Shown piece by piece: positions 36,920 through 50,808 of a stretch of DNA of 64,000 bases (positions within the stretch are counted from its first letter, which is position 1; every line of letters begins with the position of its first letter). The DNA comes from Mobula birostris (taxonomy: Eukaryota). The notes under the pieces were generated by a model that had not been told where the DNA came from, did no database searches, and worked only from the letters and a program-made list of their open reading frames with translations. A program made the translations under genes and the position numbers. The stretch spans positions 39,972,777-40,036,776 of the forward strand of contig NC_092390.1 in NCBI RefSeq assembly GCF_030028105.1. The letters run 5' to 3'.

Positions 36920-37107
36920 TACTTGCATTAAATGCTGAGCTGTAGTCAATAAACAGCAGCCTGACATAAGTATTGTCCAAGTGGTCCAAGGTCGCATGAT
37001 TGCATGAGGAGCCAATATAGATGCCTCCATTAATAAATGGCTGGTGTGCAACCATGTAAAGCTCTGAACGCTCAATCAGCTGGCACAATGTTTTCATCTT
37101 CAGCAGC

Positions 37108-39286
37108 AACAATAGACAATAGACAATAGACAATAGGTGCAGGAGTAGTCCATTCGGCCCTTCAAGCCAGCACCGCCATTCACTGTGATCATGGCTGATC
37201 ATCCACAATCAGTATCCAGTTCCATCCCCATAACCTTTGATTCTGCTATCTTTAAGAGCTCTATCCATCTCTTTCTTGAAAGCATCCAGAGATTTGGCCT
37301 CCACAGCCTTCTGGGGCAGAGCATTCCATACATCCACCACTCTCTGGGTGAAAAAGTTTTCCCTCAACTCCATTCTAAATGGCCTACTCCTTATTCTTAA
37401 ACTGTGACCTCTGGTTCTGGACTCACCCATCAGCGGGAACATGCTTCCTGCCTCCAGCGTGTCCAATCCCTTAATAATCTTATATGTTTCAATAAGATCC
37501 CCTCTTAACCTTCTAAATTCCAGTGTATACAAGCCCAGTCGCTCCAATCTTTCGACATATGACAGTCCTGCCATCCCGGGAATTAACCTTGTGAACCTAC
37601 ACTGCGCTCCCTCAATAACAAGAATGTCCTTCCTCAAATTTGGAGACCAAAACTGCACACAGTACTCCAGGTGTGGTCTCACCAGGGCCCTGTACAGCGG
37701 CAGAAGGACCTCTTTGCTCTTATACTCAATTCCCCTTGTTATGAAGGCCAGCATGCCATTAGTTTTCTTCACAGCCTGCTGTACTTGCATGCTTGCTTTC
37801 AGTGACTGGTGTACAAGAACACCTAGATCTCGTTGTACTTCCCCTTTTCCTAACTTGACTCCATTTAGATAATAATCTGCCTTCCTGTTCTTACTACCAA
37901 AGTGGATAACCTCACATTTATCCACATTAAACTGCATCTGCCATGTATCTGCCCACTCACCCAACCTGTCCAAGTCACCCTGCATTCTCATAACATCCTC
38001 CTCACATTTCACACTGCCACCCAGCTTTGTGTCATCGGCAAATTTGCTAATGTTACATTTAATTCCCTCATCTAAATCATTAATATGTATTGTAAACAGC
38101 TGCGGTCCCCGCACTGAACCCTGCGGTCCCAGCATTGAACCCTGCGGTACCCCATTGGTCACCACCTGCCATTCCGAAAGGGACCCATTAATAGCTACTG
38201 TTTGTTTTCTGTCAGCCAGCCAATTTTCAATCCATGTCAGAACTCTGCCCCCAATACCATGTACCCTAATTTTGCCCACTAATCTCCTATGTGGGACTTT
38301 ATCAAAGGCTTTCTGAAAGTCCAGGTACACTACATCCACTGGCTCTCCCTTGTCCATTTTCATAGTTACATCCTCAAAAAATTCCAGAAGATTAGTCAAG
38401 CACAATTTCCCCTTCGTAAATCCATGCTGACGCGGACCGATCCTGTTACTGCTATCCAGATGTGTCGTTATTTCATCTTTTATAATTGACTCCAGCATCT
38501 TTCCCACCACCGACATCAGGCTAACAGGTCTATAATTCCGTTTTCTCTCTTCCTCCCTTCTTGAAGAGAGGGACAACGTTAGCCACTTTCCAATCCACAG
38601 GAACTGATCCTGAATCTATAGAACATTGGAAAATGATTACCAATGCGTCCATGATTTCTAAAGCCATCTCCTTAAGTACCCTGGGATGCAGACCATCAGG
38701 TCCCAGGGACTTATCAGCCTTCAGACCCAACAGTCTATCCAACACCATTTCCTGCCTAATATAAATTTCCTTCAGTTCATCCATTACCCTAGGTCCTTTG
38801 GCCACTATTATATCTGGGAGATTGTTTGTGTCTTCCCTCGTGAAGACAGATCCAAAGTACCTGTTCATCTCGTCTGTCATTTCCTTGTTCCCCATAATAA
38901 TTCACCCGTTTCTGTCTTCAATGGCTCAATTTTGGTCTTAACTATTTTTTTCCTTTTCACATACCTAAAGAAGATTTTACTATCCTCCTTTATACTCTTG
39001 GCTAGTTTACCTTCGTACCTCATTTTTTCTTCACGTATTGCCTTTTTAGTTATCTTCTGTTGCTCTTTAAAAGTTTCCCAATGCTCCGGCTTCCCACTCG
39101 TCTTTGCTATGTTATACTTCTTCTCTTTTATTTTTATACTGTCCATTACTTCCCTTGTCAGCCACGACCTCCCCTTACTCCCCTTAGGATCTTTCTTCCT
39201 CTTTGGAACAAAGTGATCCTGCACCTTCCGCGTTATTCCCAGAAACACTTGCCATTGCTGTTCCACTGTCATCCCTGCTACCCACC
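37108..39286 (-). mobile_element. Young 5'-truncated CR1 LINE with 455-aa RT-containing ORF
   Basis: ORF 37209-38576 (NYRPVSL, YLDFQKAFDKV, GVPQGS, KFADDTKLG) continued by frameshifted ORFs 38530-38895 and 38877-39296; (CAATAGA)n tail at 37110-37136. Confidence 0.95.
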
Positions 39287-40789
39287 TACCCACCACTGCG
39301 CACTCTCCATTGTCTAGTAAGCAGCAGCCTCCAGAAAGTTAAGGGCCATCTTTTGCCAAACAACAATGTACAGGGATTAGACTTGCAGGAACAAGAGGTA
39401 AGAAGCACAGAGCCTCTTCAAGCGATTCTGAGGATGAGGAAGAGAAAAGTGATATGATCAATACACCAGCAGTGGTGCATATTGTTGGGCAGGATACCTG
39501 GACTGGACTCATTAACCCAAAGGCTAAATATCACAGCTATTGCTAATGTGACATGAAAATAGGTAAGTGCTGGGAATGCTCAACAGGATTACTGTAGTTG
39601 CATCTTTGGAAAGATGTGACTTACTGTGTCAATGACTTGAAAAGTGAGTGAAAATCAGTAATGAAACAGGTTTTAAGTTGTAGAGGAAGTAGGGAGGAGT
39701 TAGAAGAGCAAAAGCAAAAGATTGTGTTGGGGAAGACCTGGAAATAATGCATGAAGAAGGATGGTGAAGGTCCTGTATATCTGGAAGTGGTGTACATAGT
39801 ATAGGATGACTGACATCTTAGCGACCAGCAAAGGAGAATAAGAGAAACCTGAATCATTTGAGATACAAGTTAGAATGACCTGAAATCATTGAGTTCAGTG
39901 TTCAGCCCTGAAAGCTGTAATGTGTCAAGTCCGAAGGTGGAATGTCCCTTGAGATTGTGAGGCAGAGTTTTAGGATTAAATTCAAGATGGCGGACAAACA
40001 GATGAGAATAAGAGCATGTGTGTAGACAGAAACGATTGTGCATGTTTCTGCAAGCTGGAGTGAGCAGTGAGATCCTAGACTGGGACTTAGGGGGATAGGT
40101 TGAGTGGGTTGGGACAAGAGGACAGTTCAAGCATAAAATTAAAACTCGTTCTGTGTTTGAACCAACCATATCCATTTAACTCTGATCTCAATTGAAATAT
40201 TTTGATTTACTTTGCTACCCAAACTGCTGAAATCATTCTAGAGTGGGATTGAGAAACCAGGCTCTAAACAAAGAACTGTATCTTGTATACTAATGTGTGA
40301 AGAATCTGCCTGGTACACTCTAAGCTGGAACTGTCAGTTTAGATAGGTTCCATTCATCTGAGATCAGGTTTCCAGGCTTTCCTTGGGGTGTTACACACAT
40401 CAGAATGTGGTGAATGTGACAGTGCCCTTGCCTTGCTGGGTCTAATCCATTAAAACTCACACAGTATTGAATCAACAAAGTGGCCTACTAAGCTCCTGTT
40501 GCTGACTTTATGAGAAATTTCCAGCCACATCTTAGTTATTTTACTGTCAGTGGGTAAACCTCCTCCATGAGGGCCTTTGCAGCCCACAATGTCATAACTA
40601 GAAAGGCACTACTAAAGTTTGATAGCTTCGTCACAGTGTATTCACCCGGCCAACTTGTTCTGGTGCTCATGATCCAAAATCCATTAAACTGCAGACGTGG
40701 AGATTCTCTGCCTATGCTAATTTATCATGAAACAAAGAGATAATATGGTAATTTTTGGGCTGGTTTGAAAGCCATTGGTGGATATACTT

Positions 40790-41630
40790 CAGAATCAGGA
40801 TCAGGTTTCATAGCATTGACATGTCATGTAATTTGTTGTTTTGTAGCACCAGTACAGTACTATATGTAAAAAACTATAAATTACAGTAATAAATATATAC
40901 GAAAATTACATTAAATAAGTAGTGCAAAAAGAGAGCAAAAATAGTGAGGTGGTGTTCATGGGTCGGTTCATTGTCTGATGGTGGAGGTGAGGAAGCGGTT
41001 CTTCAGGCTGTGTGTCTTCAAGCTCCTGCCTCCTCTCGGATGGTGGTAATAAGACAAGAGCACGTCCTGAGTGATGGGGTCATTAATGATGGATGCTAAC
41101 TTTTTGAAGCATTGCCGTTTGAAGATGTCCTCAATGCTGGGAAGGCTAGTGTTCCCGTTGGAGCTGGCTCAGTTTGCAACCCTCTGCAGCTTGTTCCAGT
41201 CCTGTGCAGGACATGCCAGATAGTGATGCAACCAGTCAGGATGCTCTCCACGGTACATCTGCAGAAATTTGTATGTCTTTGTGACGTACCAAACCTCCTT
41301 AAACTCCTAATGGAATATAGCCGCAGGTGTGCCTTCTTTGTAATTGGTTTGATATATTGGGCCCAGGATAGATCTTCAGATCTTCAGATCTTCATGTTGA
41401 CACCCAGGAACTTGAAACTGCTCACCCTTTTCATGGCTGACCACTCGATGAGGATTGGTGTGCGTTTCCTCGACTTCCTATTCCTGAAGTTCCTGAAGAA
41501 TCAATTATATGGTCTTACTGATGTTGAGTGCAAGGTTGTCGTTGCAGCACCACTTAGCCAGCCGATCTATTTCACTCCGGCATGCCTCCTGATCACTATC
41601 TCAACAACAGTTGCATTATTCACAAATTTA
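40790..41630 (-). mobile_element. Rex1/Babar-type LINE 3' fragment
   Basis: CAGAATCAGGATCAGG tail; GTCAGGATGCTCTCCACGG corresponds to reverse ESILT motif. Confidence 0.75.
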
Positions 41631-42965
41631 TAGATTTTTCATTATAGATTGAAGCTTTTCAACGTGCTAGACAATGCTACTGGATACCTCCATTCCTGTT
41701 TTTTGTTATATATTTTTTGATTCCTGCTGCACCAGACTAGAAGAATGAAAACGTTTTTCCCTAGTGAGAAAGTAAAATGATCTTTCATTATCTCCCTTTA
41801 TAGAAGAATTAAAACTCCTGCTGCTTTCTTTCTTTAAGTCTTTTGTTTTTCATCTGTATACTCAGAGGAAGTGGTGATGTAAAAGAATTATGTGTATCAG
41901 TGTAGAGAATAAAACAGGGGTCCAAACAAACTTCATGGATATCTTTTGGATTAGGACAACTTAAGTAATGTGAGTTGACTTTGCACATTATTAGTGATAA
42001 AATCTGTAGTTCAATGCATTCAGCAATTTTAAAACTTACTATACTGATTGGGAAACTATAGAATTATTCCACAGTAGGGAAAAACTCATAATCTATGTGT
42101 GGCACATTAGCAAATCATTAAGGTCTTGTTGACTTTTGGAATTAAGTCCAAATGCAATAGACTTAATATGCAATGGAGTATATTACTTACTCATACATAA
42201 GGAAAATATTCCATTTAAGTATCAGTGTGTTTTCTCATGTAATGTTGAAATGCAGTCTTGCTCTGTAATTCATCATTTGGTAAATTCTGGATTCTGCACT
42301 GCCATCTGGCAAGTGCCAAGCACAAGCAAAGATCTTCCCCAAGGGATCTGGGGGAAATTAGAAGGTGAATCACCTCTAGTGTTGCTCTTGCACTACCTGT
42401 TAACCAGTTAATTGGTGCCAGAAATCTGGCAAACTGCCCACCTGTCTTTGCCTACAGAGTAGGAAGTGATATATGAGACAAAATGCAGTTAATGTGAGTT
42501 AAATATTTTACTCTTACGTGTATTTATATGAAAGCTATGGTGGGTACTTTGATCCAGAATGAGTAAATAATGTGACTTGTGTGTGGCGCCTTTTCCCTAC
42601 TGATGGATGAAGGAAGATCATGAAATAAAAACAATGGTGGCTGGAGCTCACCAGCGGAGTGAGCAGTAGGAACACATTTGTCGTTTTGTGAATTCAACAC
42701 CAAATGCATGGAAAAGCCGAGTACATTCATTTATAACCTGATCTATGTATATAACATCAGGTTGTACATGAATATAAAAACCGATCTCTCTCAATCTGCC
42801 TTCTAAACTGTAATTTAGCAAAGCATCCTTCCTCCAAGTTACTCAACAGGGATAACAACTGTGCACGTTCTCCCATTTCCATCTGTCCATTCACCCATAC
42901 TTTTATAAAGAATCACACCACTCCTCATGGTCACCTTCAACAAACTTTCTGCAAAGGGATTCTTT

Positions 42966-43358
42966 TGGCGACCGAGAAGGAGGTCGAATCGTTCGGACAG
43001 AGATGGCGCTCAGTACTTGGTGTCGGAGAGCTGATCAGAGCTCGAAGTTTTCGGATGACTCAGAGTCGAATTGTGGTCGGCATGGCAGGGAGAGTTTTTC
43101 TTCCTTCTCCCGTCTGCGTGAGATGTGGGACATTTGAGAAACTTCGAACTTTACTGTGCTCATGGACTTCTTCATCAAGTTATGGTATTGTGCACTGTTG
43201 TAACTAAATGTTATAATTATATGGTTTTGTCAGTTTTTTCAGTCTTGGTCTGTCCTGTGTTTTGTGATATCACACCGGAGGAAATAATGTATCATTTCTT
43301 AATGCATGTATTACTAAATGACAATAAAAGAGGACTACATGTCTTCATAATCTAATCT
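42966..43358 (+). mobile_element. CpG-rich non-coding repeat with Rex1-like 3' tail
   Basis: 14 CpGs in ~185 bp head; tail ATGACAATAAAAGAGGACT...TAATCTAATCT resembles Rex1-type 3' ends elsewhere in the window (e.g. ~31730-31795). Confidence 0.5.
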
Positions 43359-43384
43359 CCAGCACAGAGAATTTGCTTTAATTA

Positions 43385-43735
43385 ACTCTGATCTTTTACC
43401 TTTTCTCACCTGCGTATCACTTCCCCCTTGGTCCCTTCCTCCCTCTCTTTCTCCTGTGATCCACTCTTTTCTCCTATCAAAGTCCTTCTTCTCCAGCCCT
43501 TGACCTTCACTCCTACCTGGTTTCACCTATCACCTTCTAGCTAGTGTCCTTCCCCTTCTCCCAGCGTTTTACTCTGGCATCTTCCCCCTTCCTTATCAGT
43601 CCTGAAGAATGGTCTCGGCCTAAAACATGAAATGTTTATTAATTTCCAGAGATCCTGCCTGACCTGCTGAGTTCCTCCACCATTTTGTCTGAGTTGTCTT
43701 AGAGTTCCAGCATCTGCAGACTCTTTCGTGTTATG
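43385..43735 (+). mobile_element. Penelope-like pLTR insertion with 14-bp TSD
   Basis: ATTTGCTTTAATTA at 43371-43384 and 43736-43749; pyrimidine-rich body; degenerate hammerhead CAGTCCTGAAGAATGGTCTCGGCCTAAAAC. Confidence 0.78.
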
Positions 43736-44699
43736 ATTTGCTTTAATTATTTCATGGCAATGAAGGCAGAGACGGAGATCAAATCTAGCGGATTTTTTGT
43801 TTGTAAACTCGCATTGATGTATTTTTTAAATGGGTTGGAAGTTAGTCAGTCATTATAACTTGTCCCTAGTGTGGGTGAATTTAGAGAGGTTTGGGGGGTT
43901 GTTGGGACATTAAAATGGTTTCAGTTTTCATTGGTGTAAATGGGTGTTTGATGTTGGGAAAAATATCGTTGAGCTCAATGGTTTGTTTCCATACTATATT
44001 ACTCTATGACTCTGTTTGAAATTTCAGAGAAAAATATATTTGACCTGTTGAGGTGATTAACATAATCAACTAGGAATTACTTGATGTTCATTCAACAGTA
44101 GAACAGATGAACATTTTGAGATGGAAAAGGATACAAGGATTATGATTCAGAATGAAGTTGCCCCTCTTGTTTTTGATGTACTGTAGTTTATGTTTCCTGT
44201 TTGTATATAGCACTGCTATGTGTGGCCAATGCTAATTCAGCTGTTGACAGGTACGCATCACAGCATGGGGCTTATACCATGAGCAGTTAAAGCCTCTTGA
44301 CAATGGCCATAAAAACAGCTTGCACCTTGCAAAGTGAAATGCAGCTGAATGTTTATTGGGACTCAAATTGACATTTGAAGAAAGGAACCACATGGGAGAG
44401 AAGTGGCTCCAGGATTTTCCAAGATCCTTAATGTTTTGTTAACTTATTTCTTGCAATGCTTTATGAAATAAACACCTGGGATCTTATGCTCTTGCACCTT
44501 TTTAGTACTATGCTGTTTAGCCTGTATTAGCTTTGCCTGTTCTTTCTGCAAAAAGATCATATCTTGTTCCTCTGTATTAAATTTCATCTGCCGCTTGTCT
44601 GCCCAGCTTACAGTTTGCTACGTCTATCCTCCCTACAGCTTCCATGTCTTTAAGATTGGTGCCTTTTTCTAATTTTGAAATTTGATGTGTTTTTTTGGA

Positions 44700-45405
44700 C
44701 TCACTGCAAAAGACTGTTTACTCCTTAGACCTCAGTTTTACAAAGTGGTCTGTTTAGATGAGTCTCCACTCTCCAACCCCATGTGTCTCAGCCTCCTCCA
44801 TCACCTTTTGGGTCCTCAGGGCCTCCAACTTCCTCCCACCCACTCTACCTTCACTGAACCCCCCTCCTCTGATGCCACCAACTCTCCACCGGCCCCCCCC
44901 CCGATCATAGCTCAAATCCCTGCCATGTCTTCAACATTCCTTCTGATCTTCCCCTCTCTGAGGCTACTGTCAGAGTGGAGGAGCAACACCTTATATTCCC
45001 TTTAGGTAGCCTTCAACCCGAAGATATGAATATCAATTTCTCCAATTTACAGTAATTTAATCCGCCTTCCCTCTTCACTCTTCAATTGCCCGTTATCTCT
45101 TCTCCTCATCTTCCTATCAGCTCCCTCCGGTGCCCCTCCTTCTTCCCTTTCTCCCATGGTCCACACTCCTCTCCTATCAGATTCCTTCTTCTCCAGCCCT
45201 TTATCTTCCCCACCCACCCACCCACCCAGTTTCACCTATCTCCTTCTAGCTAGTCCTTCTTCCCCTCCAACCACCTTTTTGTTCTTGCATCTCCACCCTT
45301 CCTTTCTAGTGCTGAGGAAGGGTAGTGGCCGAAATGTCAACTGTTTATTGATTTCCATAGATGCTGTCTGGCCTGCTGAGTTCTTCCAGCATATTGTGTG
45401 TGTTG
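44700..45405 (+). mobile_element. Penelope-like fragment (ORF remnants + pLTR)
   Basis: AGGCTACTGTCAGAGTGGAGGAGCAACACCTTATATTC (end of GIY-YIG region), CT-rich pLTR, GTGCTGAGGAAGGGTAGTGGCCGAAATGTC. Confidence 0.7.
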
Positions 45406-45699
45406 ATATGGTAAACAGAAGTTATAAGTCTTTGGGTTTGAATTAACCACACTTGAGTCAGATCCTGGTTGAGTTTTAACTTCAGCAGAACTTATTCCCC
45501 TCAAAATGTCTCTGTTCGTTCATCAAAAATTTATATCAGTGTATTCAAAAAAGGTTTTTCATACCATGAGACCTTTTAATTATCTTTGATCAGAAGTGAA
45601 CACCCTTTACTTTCAACAGTTTAACTGTTAGCAGATCCTGGGATGACTGTATTTCCCAAATAGGACTCAACCACATTGTTCTGAGCTTGCTGTCATTTA

Positions 45700-46990
45700 T
45701 GAGTCAAAGCAGGTACATTGTAATTGGAATTGCAATCAGTTTATTTTTGTCGCATGTACCAGGATACAGTGAATTACCTGCCTTGCATAATGCTCATACT
45801 GATCAAATCGTTACTCAGTGCATTGAGGTTGAACAAAGTCAAACAATAACATTGCAGAATAAAATGAAACAGCTATGGAAAAAGTGCAGTCCAGGGTAAA
45901 CAATAAGGTGCAAGATCACAATGAGGTGAATTGTAAGGTTAGGAGTCCATCTTATCATACTAGGGAACCATTAGTAGTCTTATCACATCAGGTTAAAAGC
46001 TGCTCTTGAGCTTGGTAGTACACGTTTTCAATCTTCTCTATCTTCTGATCAATGGAAGAGGGGAAAAGAGAGAAGGTCCAGTGTGGGTCTTACATTAGGC
46101 TGGCTGCTTTGCTGAGGCAGTGAGAAATATAGACAGAGTCCACCGAGGGGAGGCTGCTTTCTGTGATGCGCTAAGCTGTGTCCATAGCTCTCTGCAGTCT
46201 CTTGTGTTTATAGGCAGAGGAGTTTCCATAGCAAGCCATTATGCATCCAGACAGGTTGCTCTCTACGGTGCAGTGATAAAAATATGTAAGGGCTGACATG
46301 GACACACCAAAATTCTCTAGCCCCCTGAGGAAGCAGAGATGTTGGTGAGCTGTGGCATCTATGTGGTTGGACCAGGGCGGGCTATTGGTAAAGTTGACCC
46401 CTAGGAGCTGAAGCGCTCAAGCCTCTCAACCTCAATGCCATTCATGTAGACAGGAGCATGTGTACCGCTCCTCTTTCTGAGCCAGTGACCAGTTCCTTTG
46501 TTTTGCTGACATTGAGGAAAGATTGCTGTCTGAAGATCGCGTTACTAAGATCTCTATCTTCTTCCTGTACTCTGACTCATTGCTATTTGAAATACAGCCC
46601 ACTAAGGTGCATCTACAAACTCGTAAATGGAGTTAGAGCAGAAACCTCGCCACACAGTACATGACTGTAGATCTAGTGGGCTGAGGATGCAATCTTGTGG
46701 AGCACCCACATGTAGAAAAGTTGAGGTGATATGTTGCTACTTGTCCTTACTGGTTGTTGTCAGTTGGTCAGAAGTCAAGAAACAGTGGCAGAGGGAGGTA
46801 TTGACTCTCAGAATCCAGAGCTTAGTGATGAGTTTGCTTGGAATTATATTGAAGGCAGCACTGTAGTCAATAAACAATAATATGACTTAGGTCCCTTTAC
46901 TATCCAGATGTTTCAGAGATGAGTGTAGGGTCAGGGAGATGCCATCTGCTGTAGACCTACTTTGGCAGCAGGCAAATTGCAGTGGGTTGA
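45700..46990 (-). mobile_element. Degraded Rex1/Babar-type LINE
   Basis: GGCAGCACTGTAGTCAATAAAC is reverse LFIDYSAA; 3' end homologous to other minus-strand copies. Confidence 0.65.
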
Positions 46991-48685
46991 GGTTGATAGA
47001 AGCCAGGTGGGTTTAACAACAAGCTAGTGGTTTCATAGTCATCCATTACTGAGGTTAGAATCTTATTAAACTTATCTTTATATAAAACAATTTCCATTTT
47101 CCCATGTGCTATATCAGGTTTGTTAATTTGGGCCTCTGATGACCATGACAGTAATATAACCACCTTGCTACACATATCAGAATTTCGTTTTTGACTCAAA
47201 GTTTACATACATCGTCAATGCATTCATGTAAGATTAAATCTCAAAGTAAAAATCTTGGAATCTGAAATAAAACTACAAGGGTTTGAAATACACGGTGCTT
47301 GTAAAGAAAATTAATGTTAAGGACTCTTTGATTTACAACAAGAACAATCAGTTTGTGAATGACAGATATCCTAAAAATCCCTGAATGTGAATAAGAATAG
47401 AAATCTTGTTTCTAAATGGAAGGAACTGGACATTACTTTAATGTAGGCTGCAACTTTAGTTTGGTCTCTCAATTATAAAGAAGGCAAAACTATTATCAGA
47501 GTTTGCCTTCATGATCTAAAGAACAATTACATTTATCAAGCTCCTTTCCTTTAAATTTTATTTAAGCCATACTTTGTCATACAAGCTTGTATTCAAGTTT
47601 CTAATTGAGACAAGCTGCCCAAAGTCATTTTGTAAATTTCTCATTCTGAAGCAATTTCAAGATTAGATTTTGTTTTGATTCAAGAGCTTGCAGCATTGCC
47701 AATCATAATAACATTGTACTTTATATGCAATGATTTATTGGTTAGATGACCACTGCAATATTGAAATGGAGGTTTTGACAACATAACAGATGGTGTAGAG
47801 GGATCAAAATCCTGCAGTACTGTACTTTAATAATTACATATAATTCCACAGTTTTTAACCACATAGAACTAGTTATTTTCTATAACCAGTTTGTATTTTT
47901 TGTGTGTGTGGCAAGGTGATATTCAGCGATGATTCATATTTTGTGTAGAATAAATATCAAGAATGTTGACAGGAGTCATTTTGCTGAATTCATGTCAGTG
48001 CTATTATAACACAAGCAAGTGGGTGTTGATGGATTACATGATTGGTAATAGGATGTTGCCTGTTGTTTGCACTGATATGTTTGGCTCTTCACTCTCTTAT
48101 CTAAACTATTAAACAGTTTCGGATTTCACTTATATAAACACAATAGGGTAATTTTTCAAGTCTGCAATTGTGGTAAGAAACTTCAATGCCAAACTGGCAT
48201 ATAGGAAGTTTTCAGGGATGCATCCAGACATCAAAATTTGTGGGCCCATTGTGAATTTACAAATGTGCTCCTAGTGGACAAGGTAAAATATAAAAGGTCT
48301 GGACTCACAAATCACCATTTTCTGTATTAAAGCAGATCATATTTATTTTTTACATAAAGTCTTATACAAGTCATTAACATGAATTATTAGACACATGCCT
48401 GGAATTTCAACTTGGGTCAATAGTATTAGTCACGCTATTTAGCAGTGTCAACACATTGTATTTTGCCTCTGAAATTCATTTCATTGAAAGCATTGTAATG
48501 AATTTCAGAAGCAGACTGCAATACACTGGTACAACTAAATAGAACATTTACCACTATTAACGTGATGTGTTTCTCGGCAAAAATCTCCCTACGTATTAAC
48601 AGCAACAACATGATCTGATTTTTTTGGTGACTAGTATTAAATAAAGCATGACTTGAATTGCTAATACAACATGGATGTCCATTGA

Positions 48686-48799
<114 letters not shown>

Positions 48800-48825
48800 T
48801 CTCCAGAAGTAGAAGGCGTCTTTTC

Positions 48826-48831
48826 AATAAA
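48826..48831 (+). promoter_or_regulatory. Candidate proximal polyadenylation signal AATAAA
   Basis: 27 nt after the stop codon, with U-rich sequence downstream (~48868-48890). Confidence 0.45.
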
Positions 48832-49361
48832 ACTCACTCAATACAATTTTGGAGGAGGAAAATTATCTTATTTTGTATCATTTGATTTCGAAGCCATTGG
48901 TTTATAAAAAGCTAATACAACGTTAATTTTCAACCTTGGGTGTCTAAACCGTGATCTCAAGTCTAGCAGCAGGATATAACAGATATAAATTGTAAATGAA
49001 ACTACTTTGTAGAGAGCTACTCAGCCACCCAAGTAATGGAGACTTAGGATCATAGTAAACAAAGAGGGTGATTGATTTTTATTTGTTGATTTGCTTATCA
49101 AAGAAAACACTGGATCTCAAATGGGCTACATGGGCTACACGTAAAAAAAATGACCCACCATCTATGGCCTTTTGGAAGGGTGAATTCCACATTTCCTTCT
49201 GTCAACTTTCTTAAAAATGTGTTAAAGAATGATTTATTGCATTCACTATGTTGCTTGTTATTTTCATTGATTTTTTTTCTCTCTGTGGTTACATATCAGA
49301 TACCATAACAGTTTTGGAAATGACACAATGTGCTGTTATATGTAGAGTTCTGCAAATCCTT

Positions 49362-49367
49362 AATAAA
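49362..49367 (+). promoter_or_regulatory. Candidate distal polyadenylation signal AATAAA
   Basis: Within the unique (non-repeat) AT-rich block after the exon, followed by TTGGTTTG. Confidence 0.35.
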
Positions 49368-49769
49368 GGTCTCATAACTTGGTTTGAACTATTCTTCTTG
49401 ATATTATAATGTAAGAAATTATGAAAATAACAGCTTGCAGTAAAGCTCCGAGCAATTCTAAATACATGGTCACAGATTCTATAAATTTTACTGGAATTGT
49501 GGATACATCAAACATCTCTGGCAGGCATTGTAGCCAAAATAACAAGCATGTACAATTTTCTTAAGGTAAGAATCTGAAAAACTGATGCAAAAAAATCTGC
49601 AACTTACACTTTTTCTGTATTGTTATATTTCCTTGTGATTGTTTATTAAATATCATTATATTGATACACATTACATTAATATACAGGTTATATGCATTAT
49701 AGATTGAACAGATTTCAGTGGCTTCAAATTCATCAAGGCGGCAGAGCTTCCTTAACTCAGTGCCATTTG

Positions 49770-50085
49770 GGCTAGCACAGTGGCACAGCAATTATTGCTG
49801 CTGATGTACATTTCCAGTAACTAGATTCGATTCTGACTCTGGGTTATGTCTTTGTGCTGTTTGCATTTTCTCACTGTAACCATGTAGGCTGTGCCAGGTG
49901 CTCCAATTTCCTCCCAAATCTCACACACATACTTCTGTAAATTGTCTGTGATATTGATTGAGGACAGAGAATCAGGCGGGAGTTGATGGACCTGTGAGAG
50001 AGAGAATAGGTTACAAATAAATAAGCGGAGGAATGGGGTTGATCTGAATATCCCAAGAGCTAGCATAAACTTGATGGACTGAGTA
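49770..50085 (+). mobile_element. V-SINE/HE1-like SINE
   Basis: GGCTAGCACAGTGGCACAGC head, GATTCGATTC B-box-like, TTTGCATTTTCTCACTGTAACCATGTAGG core, tail ending ...CCTCCTTCTATCTTGTGAG. Confidence 0.65.
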
Positions 50086-50808
50086 GCCTCCTTCTATCTT
50101 GTGAGAAGGTATGAAAAGTTTTGAGTATTAAGATTATCTACGTTTGAAAGAGCAAATAATAATATTGAGATGTACAGTATATCATTGCAGTACCTGTTAT
50201 CTAATAGCTGATTATTTGGCTGTATTGAAAGTTATTTCATAGCAGTTAAAAATGGTTAGAAGTTCTAAATGTAACGCAATCAAAGTCAAATTTATTGTCA
50301 TATGCACAAGTACATGTATGCACAGGTGCAAGAAAAATGTTTAGTAACCTCATTGCAGGCACTAAATACTGTAATTGGAATTGTTTTATTCTTGTCAAAT
50401 GTACCAAAATACAGTGAAAAGTTTGTTTTGCATACCAGCCATAAAGATCAATTAATTACATGGTGCACTGAGGTAATACTGGGTAAAACAGAATGCCAAA
50501 CAAAGTGTAACATCTACAGAGAAAGTGCAGTGCAGGTAGACAATAAGGTGCAAGATCATTACAAGGTAGATTGTGAGTTTAAGAGTCCATATTTTTGTAC
50601 CAAGAAACCAGTTAACAGTCTTATTACAGCAGGACAGATGCTGTCCTTGAGCCTGTGGTATGTGCTTTCAGACTTTTGTATCTCCTGCCCTACAGGAAAG
50701 GGAAGAAGAGAGAATGTCTGAGGGTTGGGACTTTTGATCATGCTGGCTGCTTTCCTGAGACAGTGAGAAGTGCAGCAGAGCCCGTGGAGTGGAGACTGCT
50801 TTCTGTAA

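Noticed and set aside
37441-39457. Multiple plus-strand ORFs (e.g. 37441-37872, 38686-39216)
   Set aside because: Antisense shadows of the minus-strand CR1 ORF2
42836-42862. CAAGTTACTCAACAGGGATAACAACTG resembling an rRNA/NUMT motif
   Set aside because: Only a ~15-nt resemblance with no flanking rRNA homology
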